The position numbers were made by a program, and so were the translations under genes. A stretch of DNA of 54,001 nt from Octopus bimaculoides (lineage: Eukaryota), in contig NC_068983.1 in NCBI RefSeq assembly GCF_001194135.2, forward strand, positions 115,787,493-115,841,493, written 5' to 3'. Shown here in pieces: positions 38,817 to 48,776 of this stretch. Numbering within the stretch: position 1 is the first letter of the stretch; each line of letters opens with the position of its first letter. A model generated the notes under the pieces. It saw only the letters and a list, made by a program, of their open reading frames with translations. It ran no database searches and was not told where the DNA came from.

Positions 38817-39298
38817 TATGATCTTATCGTTTGTAATACTAACTTCAGGAAACCTGCCAGTCACTTATTCACTTACCAATCTGGTGGACACAATAGTCAA
38901 ATTGACTACACCCTCGCCAGGAAACAGGAAAGATGGCTACTTCTAATACCAAAAACCTTCTCGGGTGAAGAATGCACCCCACAATATAGATTAGTAGTTA
39001 GCGACTTCAGGATCAGGTCTAAATGGATGCCCAGAAGATGACCAGCATGGAGAAGTGTCTGGAAGCTTAAGGATCCTGCAAATGGACAGAGATTTAGAGA
39101 CATATTACTCAAGGCTTTTGATGAAATAGAAGGGGGATATAGCATTACATGATGTAGAAGACAACTGGAGGTTTCTACAGGACAACTTGTTGAGGGCTAC
39201 TGACCAGATCTGTGGATGATGCAAAGTCCCCTCTCAACCCAAGGTAACGTGGTGGTGCAACAATGTAGTTGACAGGGCCATTAGGGAAAAAAAAACAG
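38817..39298 (+). mobile_element. RTE-type LINE endonuclease C-terminal/linker fragment
   Basis: Reads LIVCNTNFRKPASHLFTYQSGGHNSQIDY...QYRLVVSDF...VWKLKDP...KVTWWCN. Confidence 0.85.
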
Positions 39299-39302
39299 GC
39301 TT

Positions 39303-39325
39303 GGGTTAGGGTTAGGGTTAGGGTT
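39303..39325 (+). repeat. Short telomere-like tract GGG(TTAGGG)3TT
   Basis: Read directly. Confidence 0.8.
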
Positions 39326-39720
39326 GAATGATTACAACACCATTCTGCTAGAAATAGGCCCCAAAAAGGTCTAGGAACCACTTAGATTATTACTCCATTA
39401 CACAACGTTGTAAGTGAGGAAAATAGACAGCAAGGATTTATAAAATAATTTGGATAGTATCAAGTCTATAGATTTCACAGTTTGAGTTATTAAAAACCCT
39501 TTCCGATCATCAGTAGCAACATACCAAATGTAAATAAATGAAAAATACATTATACATACTGCCAAAGTGTTTTTAATAACTTATGTTTGGTATGTTGTTT
39601 ATTTTCCTCGCTTACAACCTTGGAAGGATGGGAAGAACAGAGGTTATGGAGTAATAATCTAAGTGGTTCCTAGACTATTTGGGGTCTATTTCTAGCAGAC
39701 TGGTGTTGTAATCATTCAAC
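39323..39720. mobile_element. ~400-bp foldback/MITE-like element
   Basis: 39323-39398 and 39646-39720 are ~75-bp inverted repeats with ~5 differences; further nested inverted blocks lie inside. Confidence 0.75.
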
Positions 39721-39813
39721 ACCCTTATAATTTTAATATAAATTAACTATTATGCTATTTTAGTATGCTGGCCACTGATAAATCATTAAATAATGACGTT
39801 ATCCTAATTACGT

Positions 39814-39852
<39 letters not shown>

Positions 39853-39853
<1 letters not shown>

Positions 39854-40143
39854 TCTTTTGCACGTTTCAATCATTTGTGGCCATGCTGGAGCACTGCCTT
39901 AAAGGGTTTTAGTTGAAGAAATCAACTCCAGAATTTATTCTTTGTAAGCCTCGTATTTATTCTATCAGTCTCTTTTGCTGAATTACTAAGTTACAGGGAC
40001 AAACACATCAAAACCAGTTGTCAAGTGATGGTGGGGGGACAAACACAAAGACACACACACATAAATATGTACACACACTCACACACATATATATATGACA
40101 GGCTTCTTTCTGTTTCCATCTACCAAATCCACTCATAAGGCTT
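39853..40143 (-). mobile_element. SINE family B 3' part
   Basis: Reverse-complement match to the B tail and body; head missing. Confidence 0.8.
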
Positions 40144-40790
40144 CTTATCACTCCGCCACGCTTGTATACACACACACACTTATATATATTATTGGAATTT
40201 CACATTCTATAGGTAAACAAGGTTGGCTGAATGTGTGTTACAGCAATTCTCTCCAAGTATGTGTCAGGTAATTGGAACACAAATTACTGTTAATGTCATA
40301 TAATTAACTTCAAAATAAGGATTTGTTCCTTACAGGTGTGAATTAATAACAGCCGAGTTAATTGATCAATAACTACATTAATCTGTTTTGTCTGTCTACT
40401 TAGCATGATTTAGAAAAAAACAAAACAAAACAAAGCAAACAACTACAAATGTTAATGATGGTGACTATTATGGTTAATCTCTCATCAAATTATCCTGCCT
40501 AAATATCCTGATGCATTTGATGTAATTAAATATATTTATCTAACAGAGAAAGAACAGCTTGGTTTAATGAATTAAGGGTTGATGTACAAAATACCGTACA
40601 CAAAAATTTCTCGGTTAATTGAAATTTGCTTCTTAATCAGAAAAAGGAATAAAAGAACCTTTTAAAGTGGGAAATTTCAATTAATTAAGAATTTTGTATT
40701 GAGGAAGAAGTTGAGCATAATATGAAAATATAATAAAGAATTGAAGATATTTCTTGTGTGATGTGTGTGTGTGTGTGAATGTATGTATGT

Positions 40791-41174
40791 GTGGCTGTGT
40801 GGTAAGACATTTGCTTCCCAACTACAAGGTACCTGGTTCAGTCCTACTGCTTGGCACCTCAGGCAAATGACTTGCCTCAGAATAACCAGTCTTGTGAGTG
40901 GATTTGGCAGGTGGAAACTGAAAGAAGACTATCATTTGTGTGTGTGTATTATGTATATATGTATGTGTGTGTGTGTTTGTTCCCAACCACTGTTTGATAA
41001 CTGGTGTTGGTTTGTTTACATCCAAGTTACTTGGCAGTTTGGCAAGAGACTGATTAGAATAAGCACCAGCCTTAAAAAATTAAATATAGTAGGCATCAAT
41101 TTATCCCAACTAAACTCTTCAAGGAAGTGTCCTCCAGTATAACTGCAGTCCAAATACTGAAACAAGTAAAAGAT
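40791..41174 (+). mobile_element. SINE family B, diverged
   Basis: gtggctgtgtggtaag head to aacaagtaaaaga tail. Confidence 0.78.
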
Positions 41175-41439
41175 AATCAATAAAAGATACCAAACCTGAG
41201 GGACTTGAATATATGATGGTGGATTAATGAACTGAACAGGTAAAGTGTTGTATTTGATGGGTAGAGTAAGAACTAGGCAGATCCAGAAATACAAGAGAAT
41301 TTGAAATAGGAAATTATGGAAGTTGAAAGATGTCCCCTCAGCTGGTAGTAAGGTTCATAGATATGAGTTGATTTATATGATGGGAAGAGGGGATAGGAAT
41401 TTACAACACAGTGGACAACTGGGAGTTTCTATAAAGCAG

Positions 41440-41880
41440 CCTGCTGTGGTTTAAAAACCAGGTCTATGACTGATGCAAGGTACCAGTCAGATTGAAGGTT
41501 GCTAGGTGGTACCATAGTTCGGATCATAAATACTAAGAGAAACCTGAAAAGACTGGAAGAAAGTGGGGAGAAAAAAACTGTCAAGTAACTTGATAAGAAA
41601 CTAGACTTCAGGTATAGCTAGCCAAAGCAGAAGCAAGAGTAAGAGGTTTACACATTCTGCAACAAGAGGACCACGAGCATGTAACGTTCTGGATTGTGAG
41701 GCAGTGCACTGAAAAGAGGGGACAAGTGTGTAAGGGAATATTTAGCAGCATATTTGCCCTTATTGATGCTGAAAAGAAAGAGGCTTGGGAATGTTATTAT
41801 GTGGAGCTGTTGAATGGGGAGAGTATATGTGGGAGAGAGACAGAGTACCTCATGTTAGCCTAACAGAGAGACAGATGTTG
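41440..41880 (+). mobile_element. Heavily decayed RTE-linker-like fragment
   Basis: Resembles 12620-12900 (gaggaccac...ggattgtgaggcagtg...gacaagtgtgtaag). Confidence 0.4.
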
Positions 41881-42491
41881 ATGTTAACAGCTATATGGCT
41901 GAAATCGTGATTAAGGATTTGTTATGATCTAGAAAATTATAATAAACAGGAGGGGATGAAAACTGGGCCACAGTGTACATGAACCTGCTCACTAAATTAC
42001 CCTGTAAACTCATTTCTAACTCTCTTGTTGCTACTGCCACTTTTGTACATGGCTTGTTTGGCTCTCATAAGCCATTCATCAATCCCTAATTTTCTTATTG
42101 ACCACTGAACTACAGAGTACAGAACCCTGTCAAAAGTACTCTCCAGCTAGGAATAAACCATTAAGTAGGTTTAGTTCTAGCTAAGTACTTCTCTTGCAAT
42201 TGTCTCACTAGGAAAAATTCATAAAATAATTCAATTAGTTTTGGATTGATCAGTTTCTGTATTAGTTTGATAACTCTTCCTTCATCAGCAAAACATACTA
42301 AGTGAAATAAATGAAAATATTTATACATACCTACAAAAAAGCACACACAAAATGTGAGTACATAAAAATATACACGCATTGTACCCTATACAATTATATA
42401 TCTGTATCTATGTATTTTGCCTAAAAGGATTTTATATGCTGGCCACTGATAAAATTCATTAATTTTAATGACTTTATCCTGTAATTATGTT

Positions 42492-42548
<57 letters not shown>

Positions 42549-42653
42549 ATGTAAACATGCATATATGTATGTGCATAAGTTCGTGTATTTTTTTTTCGGT
42601 AATGAGACAGTTTCTTTTAAAATTATCTATTTGAATAATTCTCTACATGACAG

Positions 42654-42731
42654 GGAGTTCTTTTAGTATATGATCTATGCAGCCGGACATCCTTTGAAAA
42701 TCTCTCGAAATGGTTAACTTATGTTGACGAG
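42654..42731 (+). CDS. RAB15: Rab15-like coding exon 4 (GVLLVYDLCSRTSFENLSKWLTYVDE)
   Basis: gacag| acceptor and GAG|gtatgt donor; 78 nt; LVYD and SF..L..W motifs. Confidence 0.95.
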
Positions 42732-43107
42732 GTATGTACAAGATTTCTTACAAATTAGAGCAATTTCAGTTTCTATTGTTTTAGTTAAAAAAATTAAGAA
42801 TAGTTTATAAAATTAAAAAAAAAATTAACTTTCAATTTGTAATGTTTAAGAATATTTGTAATTAAAAGAAAACAAAAATTGCTAGATACACGAGGAATTC
42901 ATAGTATCTTGACGAAGTGAATTTAGTTTCTTTAGGTTAAACGTTGTGCAGGGTAGCCTAGTTCACTAAAGCATGAAATCAGCTGTTTGTCTTATTTATC
43001 TGCCTTTCGGAACTCATATTGCACTGGTAAGTTCCAATATCTACCGTTAGGTGTCGCCGTGATTCCCGCGATTGTTTTGAATTCAGATTTGTTTACATCT
43101 TTTTATT

Positions 43108-43488
43108 GTGGAGGCGCAATGGCCCAGTGGTTAGGGCAGCGGACTTGCGGTCATAGGATCGCGGTTTCGATTCCCAGACCGGGTGTTGTGAGTGTTTATT
43201 GAGCGAAGACACCTAAAACTCCACGAGGCTTCGGCAGGGGATGGTGGCGAACCCTGCTGTACTCTTTCACCACAACTTTCTCTCACTCTTACTTCTTGTT
43301 TCTGTTATGCCTGTAATTCAAAGGGTTAGCCTTGTCACACTGTGTCACGCTGAATATCTCCGAGAACTACGTTAAGGGTACACGTGTCTGTGGAGTGCTC
43401 AGCCACTTGCACGTTAATTTCACTAGCAGGCTGTTCTGTTGATTGGACCAACTGGAACCCTCGACGTCGTAAGCGACGGAGTGCCAAC
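43108..43488 (+). mobile_element. SINE family A, full length, 12-bp TSD ACATCTTTTTAT
   Basis: Direct repeats at 43095-43106 and 43489-43500. Confidence 0.93.
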
Positions 43489-43559
43489 ACATCTTTTTAT
43501 CGTTTAGATTCTCTCATTTACATTCACTTGTAGCTTTAATTTTGGCCCGTATGCCTCCT

Positions 43560-44460
43560 AAGAAAAGTCCTGCTGAAAGTGCTGTTGGCGATGATAAAAC
43601 GTCACGATAAAGGTGAATAAGTAACGATTGCACGATCTTTTGGGATGAGTCGGACAACTGTATCGACGATTGTGCATAATAAGGACAAGACTTTAGCACA
43701 TCTGAAATCCCAGGGACGAAGAACACTGCCATCAACATGAAAAGAGGCAAAATCTTTGGCACTGTCATGCTATTAGCTGTCAGAAGTGAAAGTGCTCACT
43801 GCTAGTGAAGTATCTGTCTGTCTGCCTGCATGCCTGTTGCTGGCTTGTCGATTCTTTGGCTACTGACAGCTAATACCATGACTGGCCGGAGCGAGCTATA
43901 TGTCTGTCTGTCTCTCTCTCTCTATCTATCTATCTATTACTCGAAAGTTATTGGAACAAATTTGACACCTATATCCATGCGTTTGAAAACACAACACAGA
44001 GTATAAGGGTACTCGCGTCCGCGCTAGCTAGTCGTGAGTGGTCGATCCTATTATTTTTAAACTTCAAACTTCATTTGTTTTCTATTTTGATAAATTCTCT
44101 CTGTTGAAAATGATATTCTTATATTTTAAATAATTTGCAATTTCAGGAAATATGTTTTTATATTAAATTTGTGTTTTCTAATAAGGTGGACGAGTGATTG
44201 ATAGATAGATAGTAAGTAAGTAAGTAAGCCAATAGCTCGCTCCGGCCAGTCAGTAGCTGTCAGTAGCCAAAGAATCGACAGGCCAGCAACAGGCATGCAG
44301 GCAGACAGACAGATACTTCACTAGCAGTGAGCACTTTCACTTCTGACAGCTAATAGCATGACAGTGCCAAATCTTTGACAAGAGAAAGCGTTGTCTTTGT
44401 TTGAGGATATGAAGGAAAAAATATCCAGATGAGAAAGATGTAGAATTCGAGGCAATTCGA
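43560..44460 (+). mobile_element. Tigger/pogo-like transposase relic, interrupted by the MITE at 43758-44368
   Basis: AMIKRHDKGE*VTIARSFGMSRTTVSTIVHNKDK (CENP-B-like HTH) on the left; QEKALSLFEDMKEK.YPD..EFEA on the right. Confidence 0.7.
43758..44368. mobile_element. 611-bp non-autonomous DNA transposon, ~140-bp TIRs (GGCACTGT...ACAGTGCC), 8-bp TSD AAATCTTT
   Basis: TIRs at 43758-43899 and 44232-44368 differ by one substitution and one small indel. TSD at 43750-43757 and 44369-44376. Confidence 0.92.
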
Positions 44461-45115
44461 CTTAGGTCGTGTCTTCTGGAACCAATTAACGACTTAAAGT
44501 GAGGTATACTTGTATTTTGTTGTTGCAATCCTGAGTTTGAGGGGCTAATGCAGTTTCGCACCTTTCCTTGTAAAATGCATTTTTTTGAAAAAAAATTTTC
44601 GGATCCCTACATTTTAGATGTAGGAGATTACGAACATGCAAAACACAAACAATCTTTTTTAACCCAGCACCCCCCCTTCCCTAAATTATTGAACTTTTTC
44701 GAAATTTTTTCCCCCAAGTTTTACATGACGGAGATTCCGAATATGCAAGAAACCATATTTTCGAAATTTAAATCCAATAGGCGTATTGATATGAATGTCT
44801 TCCTGGGGCTAAAAACATCAGTCTTCTATAGGACCGCCGACCGATTCTAGTCTTCGACTACGTTATCTTATGTGTAGTACATTTTTAAATGGTTGATATT
44901 TCTAGCTGGTGCGGTGGCCATATTCAAACTTTATTATTACCTACCTTTTACCAACAAAAAAGTGACATAGATTAAATAAATAGATAAAAAATAATGAGCT
45001 GGATTATTGGATATGGGCAGTCATTTTTAAAGTTGCCTCCCTTTAGTAGATAATATTCTCCCTTACAAACAAATTTTTGTTTTTTATCGTTTATATATTT
45101 GTTTTGCTAGATTCC

Positions 45116-45192
45116 TGATGAGAAATCGTGTGTTATCCTGAACTATAACAAAAGATTTGTTATAGTTCAGGATAACACACGATTTCGCATCA
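45116..45192. repeat. Near-perfect palindrome (31-bp perfect stem, 3-nt loop)
   Basis: 45122-45152 is the exact reverse complement of 45156-45186; loop AGA; 5 more pairs after one mismatch. Confidence 0.9.
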
Positions 45193-45323
45193 AATGAATT
45201 TTATGTCAATGATTAGTATACAAAAGTGTCAGCCAAATACAAAAGATCCCAAATTATTTTTCATTCTCATTAAACTATACATACTTCCTTATTTTTACTC
45301 GTGTCAGTCACCATCAAACGTCT

Positions 45324-45919
45324 TAGGTGCAGGCGTGACTGTGGCACCTTGGACAAGTGTCTTTTACTATAACCTGAGGATGACCAAAGCTTTGTGTGTT
45401 GTTTCAGTCATCAAACTGCGCCCATGCTGGGACACCACTTTGAAGAATTTTTAGTCAATAAATCGACTCCGGTACTTTTTTTTTTTTCAAGTCTGGTACT
45501 TATTGTATCGGGTTCTTGTGTTGAACCGCTAAGTTACTAGGATGTAAACACACCAATACCAGTTGACAAACGGTAGTGATCCACTTACAAGGCTTTGGTC
45601 GGTCCAAGGCTGTAGTAGAAGACACTTGCTCTAGGTGCCATGCTGAGAGACTGAACTTAGAACCATGTGGATGAGAAACAAGCTCCTTACCACACAGCCA
45701 CACCTATACCTATATATAAATATGTTTGTGTATTTGTATTTGTTGTCTGCCAATTGGTTGGCAACTGGTGTTGGTGTGTTTATGTCCCTATAAATTAACA
45801 GTTCAGCAAAAGTAACTGATAGAATAAGTACCAGGCTTTAAAAAATTAAGCATGGGTTCAATTTGTTCAACTAAAATTCATGAAGGCAGTGCCCCAGAAT
45901 GAAACAAGTAAAACATAAA
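45324..45919. mobile_element. Nested SINE B copies: minus copy (~45399-45713) inside a plus copy
   Basis: Plus head at 45324-45396 and plus tail at 45714-45919 flank a reverse-oriented B copy. Confidence 0.7.
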
Positions 45920-46039
45920 ATGTGTGTGTGTGTATTTATGTTACATATATTTGGCAAATTTTTATAAATAAGTAGAAATTTTGTCACATCAATGTCTTTT
46001 TATTTCCAAAATGTTGTTTTCCACTTTTGGTTTTTCCAG

Positions 46040-46129
46040 TTTGCAAATGAAGACACGGAACTTTTACTTTTGGGAAATAAAAGTGATCGCTGTCAGTGGA
46101 GAGAAGTTTCTTGTGAAGAAGGACAGAAG
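46040..46129 (+). CDS. RAB15: Rab15-like coding exon 5 (FANEDTELLLLGNKSDRCQWREVSCEEGQK)
   Basis: tttttccag| acceptor and AAG|gtgaag donor; 90 nt; G4 GNKSD. Confidence 0.95.
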
Positions 46130-46458
46130 GTGAAGATGTAAAAACATTCTAAATAAACACATGAAAGATTAATACATTTATGCCTTATAAATGACTAAAT
46201 GCATAAATATATTTACTTTTCAGTTTTTCAACTTCTATAACTCTTAATGCAACCTGTGTATGTTTTTATGAGGATTTATGTTGCTAGCTAGCTACAAGTT
46301 AGTCTGAGTTGTGTTCATCCTCAGATGTTTCAAACTTATTTGGTAATTTTCTATTCAATTCTATTATTAGAATAGAAGAGATTGTTTGCAATGTCGTTAA
46401 GGCCATAGAGAAAAAATAATAGGAATATGCATAGAGCCTTGCTCAACACTTTTCTTAA

Positions 46459-46680
46459 CCCTTTAGCATTCACATTATTGTCAAAAGTAATGCTTTTTTT
46501 TTATTCACACCATTTTGAATTAATTATGCATTATCTTGTAGCTTTGAGATTTTAATTAGGTGACTGTTAATTTTTTGAATGACATTGTAGGGGGTTGGTA
46601 TGAGAGCCCAAACTTGGCCAGTTTGACATAAAACAGATGGAATATATAGGCTGGACATGGCTAGTTTAAAAGCTAAAAGG
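46459..46680 (+). mobile_element. piggyBac-like MITE (family F)
   Basis: TTAA|CCCTTTAGCATTC ... AAAGCTAAAAGG|TTAC. Confidence 0.75.
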
Positions 46681-46984
46681 TTACACATATCAAATGAACT
46701 GATCATTTTCATCATGCTCACCCATTTTTATATATATNNNNNNNNNNNNNNNNNNNNNNNNNNNNNNNNNNNNNNNNNNNNNNNNNNNNNNNNNNNNNNN
46801 NNNNNNNNNNNNNNNNNNNNNNNNNNNNNNNNNNNNNNNNNNNNNNNNNNNNNNNNNNNNNNNNNNNNNNNNNNNNNNNNNNNNNNNNNNNNNNNNNNNN
46901 NNNNNNNNNNNNNNNNNNNNNNNNNNNNNNNNNNNNNNNNNNNNNNNNNNNGAGAGAGAGAGAGAGAGAGAGAGAGAGGGACAA

Positions 46985-47086
46985 GTAAATGTAAGGATAA
47001 GTTAGGCAGGTCAGTATACGAAGTGTATTAAATACAAACTATATTGAATGTATTCACTTGCCTAACTTGCTTATCCTTACATTTAC
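46985..47086. repeat. ~100-bp inverted repeat
   Basis: GTAAATGTAAGGATAAG (46985-47001) pairs perfectly with 47070-47086; ttaggca/tgcctaa pairs inside. Confidence 0.75.
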
Positions 47087-47477
47087 CTCTCTGCCTGCTC
47101 AAGTTTAAACCTTGAGCACTACCAAGTGTATTCTATACAGAGAATATTTGATTCTCGACCCTACTAATACATTCCCTGCTTTTAGGTCACTTTAAATAGA
47201 ACCCTTGATTCAGTAACACTGTGTATAAACTCTGTATTTGGATTGACCAATTTCAAAGACTGTTGGATTTTACTCATAGAGTATTGGAATCTTAATAATG
47301 GATTTACAAAGGCAATGACCAATCTTAAAGACTATTGGATTTTACTCACAAGGTATTGGAATCTTATATGTATACCATTCTGCCTAAACAATGGATTTAC
47401 AAATACAATATCCCTACATTCACTCTCTATTTCCTATCTTATCTAAACTAACTATTGCTTAACCATCCTCTCACACC

Positions 47478-47525
47478 GTCTCCGATGAAGGGATATAATA
47501 AATATCCTGGAAACAGCTGTAAGAC
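47478..47525 (+). ncRNA. Candidate minimal type-I hammerhead ribozyme (Penelope-like)
   Basis: gtct-CCGATGA-[a.gggatat aataa atatcct.g]-GAAAC-agct-GTA-agac. Stem I gtct/agac, 6-7-bp stem II, palindromic stem III, GUA cleavage triplet. Deviations: U4C and an A.G mismatch at the base of stem II. Confidence 0.65.
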
Positions 47526-47917
47526 CTATTTATAAATGTTCTATATTATACACAGCCTTGGATTTTTATCTCATTACAAAAAGTAAATCCTTATATTCAC
47601 ACGCTGATATATGACCTATGTTGGACCCCTTANNNNNNNNNNNNNNNNNNNNNNNNNNNNNNNNNNNNNNNNNNNNNNNNNNNNNNNNNNNNNNNNNNNN
47701 NNNNNNNNNNNNNNNNNNNNNNNNNNNNNNNNNNNNNNNNNNNNNNNNNNNNNNNNNNNNNNNNNNNNNNNNNNNNNNNNNNNNNNNNNNNNNNNNNNNN
47801 NNTATATATATATATATATATATATGCACATACATACATGTTTATTATGATTAACAAATAAAGCAACATCAGATCATTTGTATATAAGACATGAGGCAAC
47901 TATCTGACCAAGTTTAA

Positions 47918-48134
47918 TCCTTTAGCATTCGGATTATTTTGTCAAATGTAATACTTATTTATTCATGTTTTGAATTCTTCATGCATTATCTTACAGCTTC
48001 AAAATTTTGATGATGTTATTGTTTAATTTTAGAATGACATTGTTGGGTAGGTGTAAGAGGTTGGATCTGGCTAGTTTGAACTTAAAATAGGCAGAATATT
48101 TGGGCCAGGTATGGCTGGTTTAAATGCTAAAGAG
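47918..48134 (+). mobile_element. piggyBac-like MITE (family F) with TTAA on both sides
   Basis: TTAA|TCCTTTAGCATTC ... AATGCTAAAGAG|TTAA. Confidence 0.78.
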
Positions 48135-48213
48135 TTAATCAATAATTTTATTGTATATTAAGTATATGTATCCTATCAATTTGTTGATTGAGAGAAATTT
48201 ATTATTTTGTCAG

Positions 48214-48279
48214 TTTGCCGAGCAATACAACATGAAATTTTTTGAAACCAGTGCAAAAAACCGGGAAAACATAGATCAG
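48214..48279 (+). CDS. RAB15: Rab15-like coding exon 6 (FAEQYNMKFFETSAKNRENIDQ)
   Basis: ttttgtcag| acceptor and CAG|gtagga donor; 66 nt; G5 ETSAK. Confidence 0.95.
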
Positions 48280-48776
48280 GTAGGATTTTTTTTTTTTTTT
48301 GTTGATCTTTACTTTTTTGTATCTTGATTAATTTAATATTTTCCATTTATGAATATTTATAACTTACATGAGTACATTACATTTGCATATGTTTACTAAA
48401 GTTCTGAAAGAGGGACTAGAACCTTTAACAATGGACAATTTCATTCAGTTTTCTGTCAAGTTAATCCTGTTATTTCTTAGAGAACTGACTGAACCATTCC
48501 TAATTAATATGTAAATATTTTAGTTTGCCAATGATTGTTAGAAAGAATGAAAGTCTGTAATCTAATAGAATTGTTATAATTTACCATACTTTAGATAATA
48601 CCTTGTACATCTTTCTTTTAATGATTAAATCATACCTTATTCTTTGACTATTAAAAGAAAGTAATCTACATACTTTTAGTTAGTAGATTATTTGGTCACT
48701 TCACCTGCTGGAAGTGGTAGTGAAATCTCCTCAAATTATACCTCACTGTCTCACAAAAAGATGACTAAGATAAGAT

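Larger units (their letters stand above)
1585..47802. other. Seven assembly gaps: 1585-1915, 7906-7915, 10035-10320, 21408-22182, 38378-38750, 46738-46951, 47633-47802
   Basis: Runs of N, mostly flanked by microsatellites or repeats. Confidence 0.97.

Noticed and set aside
42905-42950. TTGACGA...TTAAACGTTGT, a degenerate hammerhead-like string
   Set aside because: Both core halves are mutated and the stems do not pair.
43108-43190. tRNA-like A/B-box sequences at SINE heads
   Set aside because: They continue into SINE bodies and do not form complete cloverleafs, so they are not called as tRNA genes.
44540-44850. Possible additional non-autonomous DNA element
   Set aside because: Looks repeat-like, but no TIR pair or TSD could be defined.
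45115-45125. CTGATGA directly followed by GAAA at the palindrome edge
   Set aside because: No stem II and no stem I partner; coincidental with the palindrome arm.
1529-47899. Long ORFs in the supplied track made of X runs or HT/CV/YI dipeptide repeats
   Set aside because: They are produced by N-gaps and microsatellites and are not evidence of coding.
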